Source: Bacteroidia bacterium (GTDB taxonomy: Bacteria; Bacteroidota; Bacteroidia; Palsa-965). From it: a stretch of 64,000 nt of DNA. Location: positions 26,912 to 90,911 of the forward strand of contig JAKLJE010000011.1 of assembly GCA_023151315.1 (NCBI GenBank). Direction: 5' to 3'. Shown piece by piece: positions 1-9,293 of the stretch; within the stretch, counting starts at the first letter, position 1; the number at the start of each line of letters is the position of its first letter. A program made the position numbers and the translations under genes. Below the pieces are notes generated by a model, which worked only from the letters and a program-made list of their open reading frames with translations, had not been told where the DNA came from and made no database searches.

Positions 1-1
1 C

Positions 2-772
2 GAAGCGAACCTTGAAGCGCGTTTGCATCTCGAAAATCACTTACCGAAAAACGAATCAGAAATCCCGGAAGGATATTTCGGAGATCTGGAGCGTGAACTG
101 AAAGCGCATATTTCTCTTGACAATCTGAAGCAGGACGAAGGCTTTGTTGTTCCAGAGAAATATTTCGGATCATTAACGGATCGTATTCTTTCACAGACAG
201 CCTTGTCTGATGAAGAGTTGCATGGCGACGAAGTGCCTGCGGGCTATTTCGATTCCCTCGCGGATCGTGTGATTGCGAAGGTAGAACCTGAAATCAAAAC
301 TGAAACGAAACAGGTTCGCGTAATTGTATTTGCAGAATACGTTCAGCGTTACGGTAAAATTACAGCGGTAGCTGCCAGCGTTGCGTTGTTGATCGTTTCC
401 ATTTGGTTCTTTACACGCAGCAATGAAGTTGCTCCGGTGAACGGTTTCGCTTCAAATGAAAATCGCGTTCAAGATGACACTGTAAAAGTGAATGCATTCC
501 AGCCTCAGGAGCGCATTGTAAAACGAGCGGAACCGGAAGTGCAAAATTTTGCAAAGAATAACGAAGGCGTTAAACCCTCATCAGAAGGAAACATCAAACT
601 GAGCAAAGAAGCAATAATGGCAGAAACGGATTTGATGGATGAAGCGTTGGTTGCTGAGTTCATTTATGAAGATGCGGTTGCTGAACAGGATTCTGAGAAT
701 GACGAAATGATTCAATATATACTCGACGATCACAACTCACTTGACGTTATTGATCCGGGAAACAAAAAATAA
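2..772 (+). CDS. anti-sigma-factor-like membrane protein, 5' end cut by the window edge
   Basis: The frame is open from nt 2, with no stop before the TTG at 23. Three copies of a P-x-[GK]-Y-F-x-x-L-x-x-R-[IV] motif (PEGYFGDLEREL, PEKYFGSLTDRI, PAGYFDSLADRV). One TM helix (ITAVAASVALLIVSIWFF) and an acidic C-terminal tail. Tightly followed by two envelope genes. Confidence 0.5.
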   Translation, partial: EANLEARLHLENHLPKNESEIPEGYFGDLERELKAHISLDNLKQDEGFVVPEKYFGSLTDRILSQTALSDEELHGDEVPAGYFDSLADRVIAKVEPEIKTETKQVRVIVFAEYVQRYGKITAVAASVALLIVSIWFFTRSNEVAPVNGFASNENRVQDDTVKVNAFQPQERIVKRAEPEVQNFAKNNEGVKPSSEGNIKLSKEAIMAETDLMDEALVAEFIYEDAVAEQDSENDEMIQYILDDHNSLDVIDPGNKK

Positions 773-773
773 A

Positions 774-1253
774 ATGAAAAAATTATACCTCATACTGATT
801 TTGTTCGCCTGCGTGTTTACAGCAGGAGCTCAGAATAAGCAGGGCGACAAACCAACGCAGTCGGGAGCTGATCGCGTTCAGGCTTTGAAGGTGGCGTTTA
901 TCACCAAAGCGCTTGATCTGACTTCAGAAGAAGCGGAGAAGTTCTGGCCCATTTACAATGAGTATCAGGACAAGCGTGATGTTGTGCGAAAACAACTTCA
1001 GGAGAATCGTAAGAAAGTGAAGGAAGAAGCAGACAAACTGAGCGCAGATGAGTTATTGAAACTGGCTGACGAAGAAATGACGTTGCGTCAACAGGATCTG
1101 GATTTGCAGAAGGAAATGCATGAGAAATTGAAGAAAGTTTTACCTGCGAAAAAGTTGGCGCAGTTATATGTAGCCGAAGAAGATTTCAAGAAAGAACTTC
1201 TTCAGATGCTGAAAGAAGATAACAAGAAACCGGAACCCGTAAATCCGAAATAA
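774..1253 (+). CDS. Spy/CpxP-like periplasmic helical protein (LTXXQ-type)
   Basis: The ATG at 774 lies 1 nt after the upstream stop. Signal peptide MKKLYLILILFACVFTAGAQ. Charged helical body with LDLTSEEAEKFWPIYNEYQDKR, resembling Spy/CpxP-type motifs. Confidence 0.55.
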   Translation: MKKLYLILILFACVFTAGAQNKQGDKPTQSGADRVQALKVAFITKALDLTSEEAEKFWPIYNEYQDKRDVVRKQLQENRKKVKEEADKLSADELLKLADEEMTLRQQDLDLQKEMHEKLKKVLPAKKLAQLYVAEEDFKKELLQMLKEDNKKPEPVNPK

Positions 1254-1254
1254 T

Positions 1255-2457
1255 ATGCTGAGACGATCATTCGCACTGGCAATTGTTCTGAGCGGGTTTC
1301 TTCTGAATCCGCTTTCCGCCTATTCTACCGGCGCCGATTCGCTGCGTCAGAATTCCAAACCGAAAGAAGTTCGCAATTACATCCGCCCGAGTTTATCCAT
1401 AAGTTTCTTCTCCACCGGAAATCGGCCTGCTCCCGGAACTGTTCCTATTCTGGAGAACCGTCTGGGCAATTACAGATTCGCGCAATCCAGTCTAGCATTC
1501 TATACTCCACTCTACACCAAAACGAAATTCGCGGGGCAAGACAGTACAGATGTGAATACGATTCACTTGCTGATGACGATGAACGCATTGACTGATCGTC
1601 CGGAATTTGAAGGGCTCAATAAACAACACAAGCTCTACAAACTCGGAATCGGTCTGCGCGGTATCTGGACATTCAAGTCGCAGTTCATCATTTTCGCGGA
1701 TGTGAATCCATTTGTGACCGGCGACAGATTCAACAGACAGCAAACCGCACGATATCGTTTGGGTTCAACACTTGTGTTGAATTATATGATCAGCCCTTCA
1801 TTCAGTGTTCGTGCCGGTGTAACGAAGAACTTCATATTCGGCAACAAGTATTTCATGCCTATGCTCGGTTTTCGCATTGGTAAACTGGATGGACCGGTTT
1901 ACTTCCAGTTTCAGTTTCCGCGACATTCCTCGCTTACAATTCAGCCGAATCACAAGTTCAGCATAGACATTTTCAGTAAATCTTACGGTGGCTTGTACAA
2001 CGTAAGCAACGAAGACTCAATTTACCTCGGAGTTGACAGTGTAATTCAGTTCGGTCACTTTGGAATTGCCAACGGAATTCGATTAGACTTCAAGCCAAAC
2101 TCCAGAGTGAACTTTTTCTTCTCAGGAGGATTCGCAGTTCGCAATCATTACTGGTTCTACTCCTATTCCTTCAATCAGATTCACGACTTACGTCCGCTTA
2201 CGCCGTTCTACAAAGCAAGACCGGAAGGAACATTATTCCTGCAGGCTGGAATTACTTTCCGTTTCGGACAAGCCAAACGCTCTCAGGGCAATTATCTGAT
2301 GTACGATGTATTTGATCTGAACAATTCTATGGATCCCGGTGACAACAATAACAATCCCGGTAACACCGACATCAGGAAAGCTGCCAAGAAAGAAGAAATG
2401 AAAAACGTCCAGTATAAGGATGTGGAAGATCTGGTTGATGAGACGGATTTGTATTAG
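1255..2457 (+). CDS. hypothetical secreted / outer-membrane protein (beta-rich)
   Basis: 400-aa ORF starting 1 nt after the previous stop. Signal peptide ending LSAYS. Alternating aromatic/hydrophobic beta-strand-like pattern. No recognisable catalytic motif. Confidence 0.55.
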   Translation: MLRRSFALAIVLSGFLLNPLSAYSTGADSLRQNSKPKEVRNYIRPSLSISFFSTGNRPAPGTVPILENRLGNYRFAQSSLAFYTPLYTKTKFAGQDSTDVNTIHLLMTMNALTDRPEFEGLNKQHKLYKLGIGLRGIWTFKSQFIIFADVNPFVTGDRFNRQQTARYRLGSTLVLNYMISPSFSVRAGVTKNFIFGNKYFMPMLGFRIGKLDGPVYFQFQFPRHSSLTIQPNHKFSIDIFSKSYGGLYNVSNEDSIYLGVDSVIQFGHFGIANGIRLDFKPNSRVNFFFSGGFAVRNHYWFYSYSFNQIHDLRPLTPFYKARPEGTLFLQAGITFRFGQAKRSQGNYLMYDVFDLNNSMDPGDNNNNPGNTDIRKAAKKEEMKNVQYKDVEDLVDETDLY

Positions 2458-2490
2458 ATATTGCGGATTGCGGATTACGGATTACCTAAG
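2443..2490. repeat. 7-bp-period degenerate word array overlapping a stop codon
   Basis: ACGGATT TGTATTA GATATTG CGGATTG CGGATTA CGGATTA CCTAAGT. It begins in the last codons of the 1255-2457 gene. Confidence 0.8.
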
Positions 2491-2513
2491 TTGAACAGTA
2501 AATCAAAATTTCA

Positions 2514-2747
2514 ATGAATACTGCATTGGCGAAAATGATTCCGATAATTGCTGTTGTAACAATCCTCGCTATTTATAGTTGCAATAAGCATGATGATTGT
2601 TATAACGCACAAATGGCAAGAAATCACTCCGGCGGATGTACGACGGATTGTCCCGGCATTTGCGGTTGTGATGGCAATACGTACTGCAACGAATGCGAAG
2701 CTAACAGAGTCGGTATTTCAAAGGTCAGCGACGGTCCTTGCCGGTAA
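2514..2747 (+). CDS. small Cys-rich lipoprotein with a Kazal-like protease-inhibitor motif
   Basis: Lipobox-like LAIYSC. CGCDGNTYCNEC matches the Kazal core C-G-x-D-G-x-T-Y-x-N-x-C. Eight further cysteines could form 4 disulfides. Confidence 0.5.
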   Translation: MNTALAKMIPIIAVVTILAIYSCNKHDDCYNAQMARNHSGGCTTDCPGICGCDGNTYCNECEANRVGISKVSDGPCR

Positions 2748-2894
2748 TTTAAAAGTATTCATTGTCTGATTTATTCAGGAACGCAACTTTTGCATTTCAA
2801 AAAAACTCAGTTCCCGTCGTCGTCGGAATAAAAACATTCCGTTCTCCACCGGGGTTAGGATCAATTCTCCGGTGCATTAAATTACCTGAATGAT

Positions 2895-3338
2895 TCAGAT
2901 CAATTTTCCACCTGTGTTTTCAAACATTTTATCCAGCAGCATCTTTACGTGAAGGAGCTCTTCTTTCTCGATTCCTTTCAACACTGATTTCCTGTAGTTC
3001 TGAATTGCGACGGCGGCCTGTTGTAATTCTTTTCGACCTGCTGCAGTAACTTTCAATAACAGCACACGCTGATCCTTCCTGGAAGGGATTCTTGTGATGA
3101 GTTTCAATTCCTCCAATGAAGACACAATTCGTGTAACCGAGGCCGGATCTTTCGAAACACGTTTGGACAATTCATTATGCGATATAACTCCGGCTGATGA
3201 AGCTTCATTAAGCAATATCCACTGATCGACTGTCAGTTTTACATTCTTCTCGTTCAAATGAACTTGCAGAGAATGCCGCATCTGACGCAAGGTTCTGTCA
3301 AGAAGAAACAATACGGAACCGGAACGCTGATTACTCAT
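2895..3338 (-). CDS. MarR family transcriptional regulator
   Basis: 147 aa. Winged-helix MarR pattern (LTVDQWILLNEASSAGVISHNELSKRVSKDPASVTRIVSSLEELKLITR ... DQRVLLLKVTAAGR). 8-nt overlap with the upstream symporter gene on the same strand. Confidence 0.8.
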   Translation of the reverse strand: MSNQRSGSVLFLLDRTLRQMRHSLQVHLNEKNVKLTVDQWILLNEASSAGVISHNELSKRVSKDPASVTRIVSSLEELKLITRIPSRKDQRVLLLKVTAAGRKELQQAAVAIQNYRKSVLKGIEKEELLHVKMLLDKMFENTGGKLI

Positions 3339-4821
3339 GGGTCAAACGTTTTGAAATGATAAACAATCCGATGAATGTCAAACCACCGTTGATGATCAGC
3401 AATTCGTTACCGAATTTGTAACCACCTAAGAAAGTTCCCGGCTCCATATTCTTCGCGAGATAATTCAACACGAAACAGATAGCCGGAGCAAGAAGCGAAA
3501 CTATAACAACGGGCCAACCGTGCACGGTGCGCTTCTTCACCAATATTCCGAATGCGAACAAACCGAGAAGCGGTCCGTATGTGATTGTCGCAAGGAACAG
3601 AATCAGATCAATGATGGCTTTGTCGTTAACGGCTTTCAGCACCAGCAGCGTGAGAAACAGCAGCACAGAAAAAGAAACGTGAACAATTTTTCTAACTCGA
3701 GTGCGCGCTTCCTCAGTCCACGAAGATCCTTCGCGATTAAAACCGAGAAAGTCTATACAGAACGAAGCGGTCAATGCGGTCAGCGCTCCATCGGCACTCG
3801 GATAAGCTGCAGAAATGAGTCCGATGATAAAGAATAATGCAGAAACAGTTCCCAATGATTTCAAAGCAATCGAAGGGAACAATTCATCCGTTGTCATAGT
3901 TTTATCTGTCAATGCTGCAGTGAACTCAGGATGCGCCTGTACATAGTCCCAAATCAAAACACCCAAGGCAAGGAAAAGCAGATTCACGACAACAAGAATC
4001 ACACTGAAAGTCATCATGTTCTTTTGCGACTCACCAACATTCTTACAGGAAATGTTCTTCTGCATCATTTCCTGATCCATTCCGGTCATCGTTATCGCGA
4101 TAAACATCCCACCAAAAAACGCTTTTGGGAAAAACAATCCCGATTTCCAGTCCATATTGAATATGGAAGCATTTGTGCTTTCAGCAACGTGTGAGATCAC
4201 ACCGTCGATATTGAGTTCGCGTCCGATCAGTATTACGCTCAGCACCAGCGACAACAACATGAATGTGGTCTGCAATGTATCTGTCCAGATAATGGTTTTC
4301 ACGCCGCCCTTGAATGTGTAGCCGAGAATCAGTAAAACGAAAATCAGACTCGTCACCCAGAATGGAACATCCCAGGCATCGAAAATGAACTTCTGGAGCA
4401 CAAGTACCACTATGAACATGCGGCACGCAGCTCCCAACACGCGTGAAACAATAAAAAAGAATGCGCCTGTTCTGTATGCATGAATTCCAAAACGTTTTTC
4501 CAGATACGTGTAAATGGAAGTGAGATTCATACGGTAGTACAAGGGCAAAAGCACATATGCAATCACCGCGTAACCGACCAGATATCCCAGAACAATCTGA
4601 AAGTACCAGAATTTGGAGACACCAACTCCTCCGGGCACTGACATGAATGTGACTCCGGAAAGAGAAGCACCGATCATTCCATAAGCTACCAGATACCACT
4701 TCGATGAGCGATCGCCTACAAAATAACTTTCGTTGGTCGCACCGCGGGATGTCCACCATGTGATTCCGAAAAGAATCAAAGTGTAAATCCCGACACAGAT
4801 CAGGATGAGTAAAGGTGTCAT
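3331..4821 (-). CDS. sodium:solute symporter (SSF) family transporter
   Basis: 496 aa with about 13 hydrophobic segments. The N-terminal region YFVGDRSSKWYLVAYGMIGASLSGVTFMSVPG is typical of the SSF family. Confidence 0.85.
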   Translation of the reverse strand: MTPLLILICVGIYTLILFGITWWTSRGATNESYFVGDRSSKWYLVAYGMIGASLSGVTFMSVPGGVGVSKFWYFQIVLGYLVGYAVIAYVLLPLYYRMNLTSIYTYLEKRFGIHAYRTGAFFFIVSRVLGAACRMFIVVLVLQKFIFDAWDVPFWVTSLIFVLLILGYTFKGGVKTIIWTDTLQTTFMLLSLVLSVILIGRELNIDGVISHVAESTNASIFNMDWKSGLFFPKAFFGGMFIAITMTGMDQEMMQKNISCKNVGESQKNMMTFSVILVVVNLLFLALGVLIWDYVQAHPEFTAALTDKTMTTDELFPSIALKSLGTVSALFFIIGLISAAYPSADGALTALTASFCIDFLGFNREGSSWTEEARTRVRKIVHVSFSVLLFLTLLVLKAVNDKAIIDLILFLATITYGPLLGLFAFGILVKKRTVHGWPVVIVSLLAPAICFVLNYLAKNMEPGTFLGGYKFGNELLIINGGLTFIGLFIISKRLTHE

Positions 4822-4905
4822 AAAATATTTTCAGGAAAGTTACCGCGAATGAAAATGGCGCGGGAGGCGCATCAACAGCAGATAATGAACAGAGTTATTG
4901 ACATA

Positions 4906-6471
4906 TCAATGAATAATGACAATCTTCCTGACGATTTCATCACATGTTCCGATAACTCGTAAAACGTACGTTCCCGGTGCGTAAGTACTGAAATCCAACG
5001 TTCTTGAATAGGTTGACATATCAATCAATACATTATCCTGCAGAATGATTCGACCGTTCATGTCCGTTATTCTGTAAAACACGGCCGTTCTCGAATCGGG
5101 AGAATCAAAACGAACAGTTACAGTGCCGGTAGAAGGATTCGGAGAAACGTGAATGGCCTCATCGGTAATTTGCGTTGCGGAAGTCCCTTGAATGCAACTC
5201 CAACCGGTTTCGCAAAGTTCAATGGACAGATTGCCGCTTCTTTTGTTCACGAACTGTTTCAGGCCCGGAATCTCAGCCAGAATCCAGACCGAATACGAGC
5301 TGTAACCAAGGTTTCCTTCGAATTGCTCTGTTGAATACATTTTATTTGATGAAGGTTCAGTGTAGATCCAAGGTCTGAGAACAGCGGCAAGACTATCGAT
5401 CTTCGGAAACAGAACGCTTGAATTGAACTCTTGTGTGAGAAATGCGCACATGGCATCCAGATAGATCTGTCTGAATTCTTCGTATTGAAACAGTTTTACT
5501 GTCAATGGAGTTCTTTGTCCATCGTCCGGAACATAAAAAACATCCATTGCATCAGCTGATGTATTAAAGAAATTCGGGAACACTCCGAAACTCAATCCTA
5601 CATCCCAGGCAATCCATTCGAAACGATTGGAAATGGAATCGTGGTACAGATAATAGTTATGCGGATTGTGAACGTACGAATCCAAGTTACCGAATACATT
5701 CTGTGCAGCGAGATAACGCAGGAACATGTCTACATCCAGATGCTGCCGGATTTCATTGGGAAAATTGCTTCCGGAATTGTGAATCACATCAATCAATGAA
5801 ACAAGATCGCTCCAATCGTTAGCCGTTTCATTTGTCTTAAGCTCATAAGACGTATAATATCCGGACTGAGCAGCGCCGTGCCACTCCAGAGTTCCGTTGG
5901 GATCGCCTTTAAACAAATTTCCTCTGTCGTCGTTGAAATGCGTACGGAGAAATTTCTTGTCAATGTGTTCCACAAGATTGTAAACGCCTGTGAATACACC
6001 GTTGTAATACACTAAAGCGAAAGAACAACGCGGTGCCGGAACGCCTTGATTTCGCAAAGCATCAAGCATTAGTTTCTCCCTCAGCATTGTCGGATCATAA
6101 GCCGAATTATTCAAATGCAGAGAAGTCAGTCCGTCGTATTTCTGATTTCCGATGTATTCATCGAATTCCAATCGAATTGGTTTCTTGGTTCCCGGATGAT
6201 TGTAACTCGCGTTTCCTTTGAGTCGCACACCCACGCTGTCGAGTGAATCGCCATCAATGAACACCTTTCCGGACATGTAAACATCTGTAGCCGTCTGATC
6301 GCTGAGCAGTTTATTCGCAATCAATGTATCCCACCACCCGATCTGATCGAAAACGATGTTGATTGTTCTGACTCCGGCACGGGTGAAAAGATCGTCACCC
6401 GGATTTTGTGCATCCATTTTTCCTGCCAGAAACAGCAGAAAAGCAATGAGCAATGAAGAGCGCTGCAACAT
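4906..6471 (-). CDS. CotH kinase-like family protein with T9SS C-terminal sorting domain
   Basis: Signal peptide. CotH-type block [22 protein letters not shown] ... [23 protein letters not shown] ... [22 protein letters not shown] ... YYLYHD. C-terminal [14 protein letters not shown] ... GTYVLRVIG ... KIVIIH beta-sandwich typical of T9SS cargo. Confidence 0.7.
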   Translation of the reverse strand: MLQRSSLLIAFLLFLAGKMDAQNPGDDLFTRAGVRTINIVFDQIGWWDTLIANKLLSDQTATDVYMSGKVFIDGDSLDSVGVRLKGNASYNHPGTKKPIRLEFDEYIGNQKYDGLTSLHLNNSAYDPTMLREKLMLDALRNQGVPAPRCSFALVYYNGVFTGVYNLVEHIDKKFLRTHFNDDRGNLFKGDPNGTLEWHGAAQSGYYTSYELKTNETANDWSDLVSLIDVIHNSGSNFPNEIRQHLDVDMFLRYLAAQNVFGNLDSYVHNPHNYYLYHDSISNRFEWIAWDVGLSFGVFPNFFNTSADAMDVFYVPDDGQRTPLTVKLFQYEEFRQIYLDAMCAFLTQEFNSSVLFPKIDSLAAVLRPWIYTEPSSNKMYSTEQFEGNLGYSSYSVWILAEIPGLKQFVNKRSGNLSIELCETGWSCIQGTSATQITDEAIHVSPNPSTGTVTVRFDSPDSRTAVFYRITDMNGRIILQDNVLIDMSTYSRTLDFSTYAPGTYVLRVIGTCDEIVRKIVIIH

Positions 6472-6551
6472 GGGTACGTGTTCAAAACAAATTTAATAAT
6501 TCGGGCGTCAAGCACTGCAGAAGGCTTCACCCTGATGTTAACTTTGCTCCC

Positions 6552-7172
6552 GTGATTCAGTATCCGTCCAAACTTATTGAAGAAGCAGTTGAAGCGTTTG
6601 CTTGTTTACCCGGCGTAGGTCGTAAAACGGCCTTGCGTTACGTGCTTCACATGCTTAAGCAGGAAGACGGACAGGTTGCGAAATTCGGTAACACATTTCT
6701 GAAACTGAAGACCGAGTTGAAGCATTGCAGAATCTGTCACAATATCAGCGATCATGAAATGTGCGGAGTGTGCAGCAATTACCGTCGTGATCACAGCATT
6801 GTATGCGTTGTGGAAGATGTGCGCGATGTAATGGCCATTGAGAACACACAACAATTCTCCGGTGTTTATCATGTGCTCGGTGGAATTATCTCGCCTATGG
6901 ACGGAATCGGTCCGAATGATCTTCACATCGAATCGCTTGTAGATCGTGTGAAATCCGGCAATGTGAAAGAAGTGATTATGGCGCTGAACACAACTATGGA
7001 AGGCGACACCACCAATTTCTATATCTTCAGAAAACTGAAAGATCTGAATGTGCCTGTAAGCACAATTGCGCGCGGAATTGCTGTTGGTGATGAGCTGGAA
7101 TATGCGGATGAAATCACGCTCGGACGATCCATTGTGAACCGTGTTCCGTACGAAGGAAGCATGTCGCGCTGA
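6552..7172 (+). CDS. recR: recombination protein RecR
   Basis: Hh[13 protein letters not shown]4 zinc finger [16 protein letters not shown], and a Toprim region ([14 protein letters not shown] ... GDELEYAD). The GTG at 6552 gives a typical 206 aa with [13 protein letters not shown] at the N-terminus. The longer 6453 start would overlap the divergent CotH gene. Confidence 0.9.
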   Translation: MIQYPSKLIEEAVEAFACLPGVGRKTALRYVLHMLKQEDGQVAKFGNTFLKLKTELKHCRICHNISDHEMCGVCSNYRRDHSIVCVVEDVRDVMAIENTQQFSGVYHVLGGIISPMDGIGPNDLHIESLVDRVKSGNVKEVIMALNTTMEGDTTNFYIFRKLKDLNVPVSTIARGIAVGDELEYADEITLGRSIVNRVPYEGSMSR

Positions 7173-7228
7173 TCAATTTCCTTGAAATTCAGCGAAATTC
7201 GTCGTTCACACACTATTTTCCCTCAATT

Positions 7229-7236
7229 TACGTTTG
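7229..7236 (+). promoter_or_regulatory. candidate Bacteroidota -7 promoter box (TAnnTTTG)
   Basis: TACGTTTG lies 43 nt upstream of the TTG start of the GT2 fusion gene. Motif match only. Confidence 0.3.
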
Positions 7237-7278
7237 TAACTTCGCCCTGCCCGAAACGGCATACCAGGAAAACGCATT

Positions 7279-9243
7279 TTGAAACTCAGCATCGTCATTG
7301 TCAATTACAACGTCCAGCATTTTCTGGAGCAATGTCTGCATTCCGTACGCAAAGCAGTTGCAGGGATGGAGTGTGAAGTTTTCGTGGTTGACAATAATTC
7401 TGTTGACGGTTCCGTGCAAATGGTGCGGGAAAAGTTTCCGGAAGTAATTCTGATTGCAAATAAAGAGAACACCGGTTTTTCCAGAGCGAACAATCAGGCT
7501 ATGCGAATTGCAAACGGAGAATACATCCTTCTTTTGAATCCCGATACCGTAGTTGAGGAAAATACTTTCCGCAAGGTTGTTGCATTCATGGATGCACATC
7601 CTGATGCGGGCGGTCTAGGAGTTCAGATGATTGACGGTAAAGGAAATTTCCTTCCGGAATCCAAGCGAGGACTCCCTACTCCATCGGTTGCATTCTATAA
7701 AATCTTCGGATTATCGAAACTTTTTCCGAAGTCGAAAACGTTCGGAAGATATCATCTTGGGTATCTCGATAAGAACGCCACGCATGAAGTGGAAATTCTT
7801 TCAGGAGCGTTCATGTTGATGCGTAAAGCTGCGCTGGATAAAGTAGGATTGCTGGATGAAGATTACTTCATGTACGGAGAAGACATTGATCTTTCGTATC
7901 GTATCATACTCGGCGGATACAAGAATTATTATTTCCACGATACGCGAATCATACATTACAAAGGCGAAAGCACGAAAAAGAGCAGCGTGAATTACGTCTT
8001 CGTGTTTTATCGTGCTATGGTGATTTTCGCAAGGAAACATTTCTCGCAGAAGAATGCGAAGCTGTTTTCATTCCTGATCAACATGGCAATTTGGTTGCGT
8101 GCCGGTGCGGCCATTGCAACCCGCTTCATCAAAGCGATTGCATTACCTGCATTTGACGGAGCGATTATTCTTGCCGGAATGTATTTCGTAAAAGGTTATT
8201 ACGAATCGAAGGTGAAGCTGGCGTATGCCGGAGGTTATTATCAGAATGAACTTGTAAACATCTTCTTCCCGCTCTACACATTTGTGTGGATCGTTTCCGT
8301 GTATTACAGCGGAGGATATGACAAGCCGGTGCGGCTTTTGAAGATCATGCGCGGAATTCTCATTGGGACGATCGGGATTCTTGTCGTGTATTCACTGTTG
8401 CCGGAATTGTATCGCTTCTCACGCGCGATGATTCTGTTTGGTGCAGGATTATCGATGATCAGTCTATCGTTCACACGAATCCTATTTCATGCACTTGGAA
8501 TTAAGTCAATGCGCATGGATGCAGGCGGGCCTCAACGTGTTGTGATTGCAGGAAGTCCGGATGAATGTGATCGCGTAAAGAATCTTGTTGCACAAACAGG
8601 CATCACTCCCGGATTCACAGGATTTGTATCAACGAGTCAGGAAGCCAACGGCAGCAATGTATTGGGGCGATTTGATCAACTCTCGGAAATCGTGAACATC
8701 TATTCCATAGACGAAATTATTTTCTGCGCGAAGGACATCAGTGCTCAGGAGATTATTGATCGTATGGCGCAGTTAGGCGATTCACGAAAAGTATCATATA
8801 AAATTGCACCGCCGGAGAGTCTGTCCATCATCGGAAGTAATTCCATTGATACCGCGGGAGATTTGTATGTGATAGACATCAATTCTGTGAGTAAGCCTGT
8901 GAACAAACGTAACAAACGCGTTGTGGATTTCAGTGTGGCGTTCGGATTCCTTCTCATGTTTCCGTTGTTGATGTGGACGCAGAAGAATCCGATTGGATTT
9001 ATTGGAAATATTATCCGTGTCTTGTTCGGAAATCGCTCCTGGGTAGGATATGCGCCTGGCAAGAATCACGACATGAATCTTCCTAAAATAAGAACAGGCG
9101 TTTTGAATCCGCTGATTGCATTGCCGGAGCAACAACATACGGAAGACATACGTGTACGTCTGAACATCCTTTATGCGAAGGATTATAAAATCAGCAACGA
9201 CCTGAGAATTCTTCGCAAAGGTTTCCGTTCACTGGGAAATTGA
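7279..9243 (+). CDS. family 2 glycosyltransferase fused to a multi-TM region and a degenerate polyprenyl-phosphate sugar-transferase-like C-terminus
   Basis: N-terminus KLSIVIVNYNVQHFLEQCL ... VVDNNSVDGS ... LLLNPDT ... YGEDIDLSYR (GT-A/GT2). About 5 TM helices. Rossmann-like VVIAGSPDECDRVKNLV. C-terminal KRVVDFSVAFGFLLMFPLLMW ... LFGNRSWVGYAP ... RTGVLNP ... LNILYAKDYKISNDLRIL resembles only the ends of a Bac_transf domain. TTG start. Confidence 0.7.
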   Translation: MKLSIVIVNYNVQHFLEQCLHSVRKAVAGMECEVFVVDNNSVDGSVQMVREKFPEVILIANKENTGFSRANNQAMRIANGEYILLLNPDTVVEENTFRKVVAFMDAHPDAGGLGVQMIDGKGNFLPESKRGLPTPSVAFYKIFGLSKLFPKSKTFGRYHLGYLDKNATHEVEILSGAFMLMRKAALDKVGLLDEDYFMYGEDIDLSYRIILGGYKNYYFHDTRIIHYKGESTKKSSVNYVFVFYRAMVIFARKHFSQKNAKLFSFLINMAIWLRAGAAIATRFIKAIALPAFDGAIILAGMYFVKGYYESKVKLAYAGGYYQNELVNIFFPLYTFVWIVSVYYSGGYDKPVRLLKIMRGILIGTIGILVVYSLLPELYRFSRAMILFGAGLSMISLSFTRILFHALGIKSMRMDAGGPQRVVIAGSPDECDRVKNLVAQTGITPGFTGFVSTSQEANGSNVLGRFDQLSEIVNIYSIDEIIFCAKDISAQEIIDRMAQLGDSRKVSYKIAPPESLSIIGSNSIDTAGDLYVIDINSVSKPVNKRNKRVVDFSVAFGFLLMFPLLMWTQKNPIGFIGNIIRVLFGNRSWVGYAPGKNHDMNLPKIRTGVLNPLIALPEQQHTEDIRVRLNILYAKDYKISNDLRILRKGFRSLGN

Positions 9244-9293
9244 TTTGATTGCGAGGAAATTTTGTCTACATTTCACTAGGCAAACCTATCAAA

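Noticed and set aside
4181-4759. 192-aa minus-strand ORF overlapping the symporter gene in another frame
   Set aside because: It is fully embedded in the well-supported SSF transporter CDS, and its Cys/Arg-rich composition is typical of an off-frame artefact.
6453-6551. Longer RecR start at 6453
   Set aside because: It would add 33 non-conserved residues and overlap the start of the divergent CotH gene (6471). The GTG at 6552 reproduces the typical RecR N-terminus.
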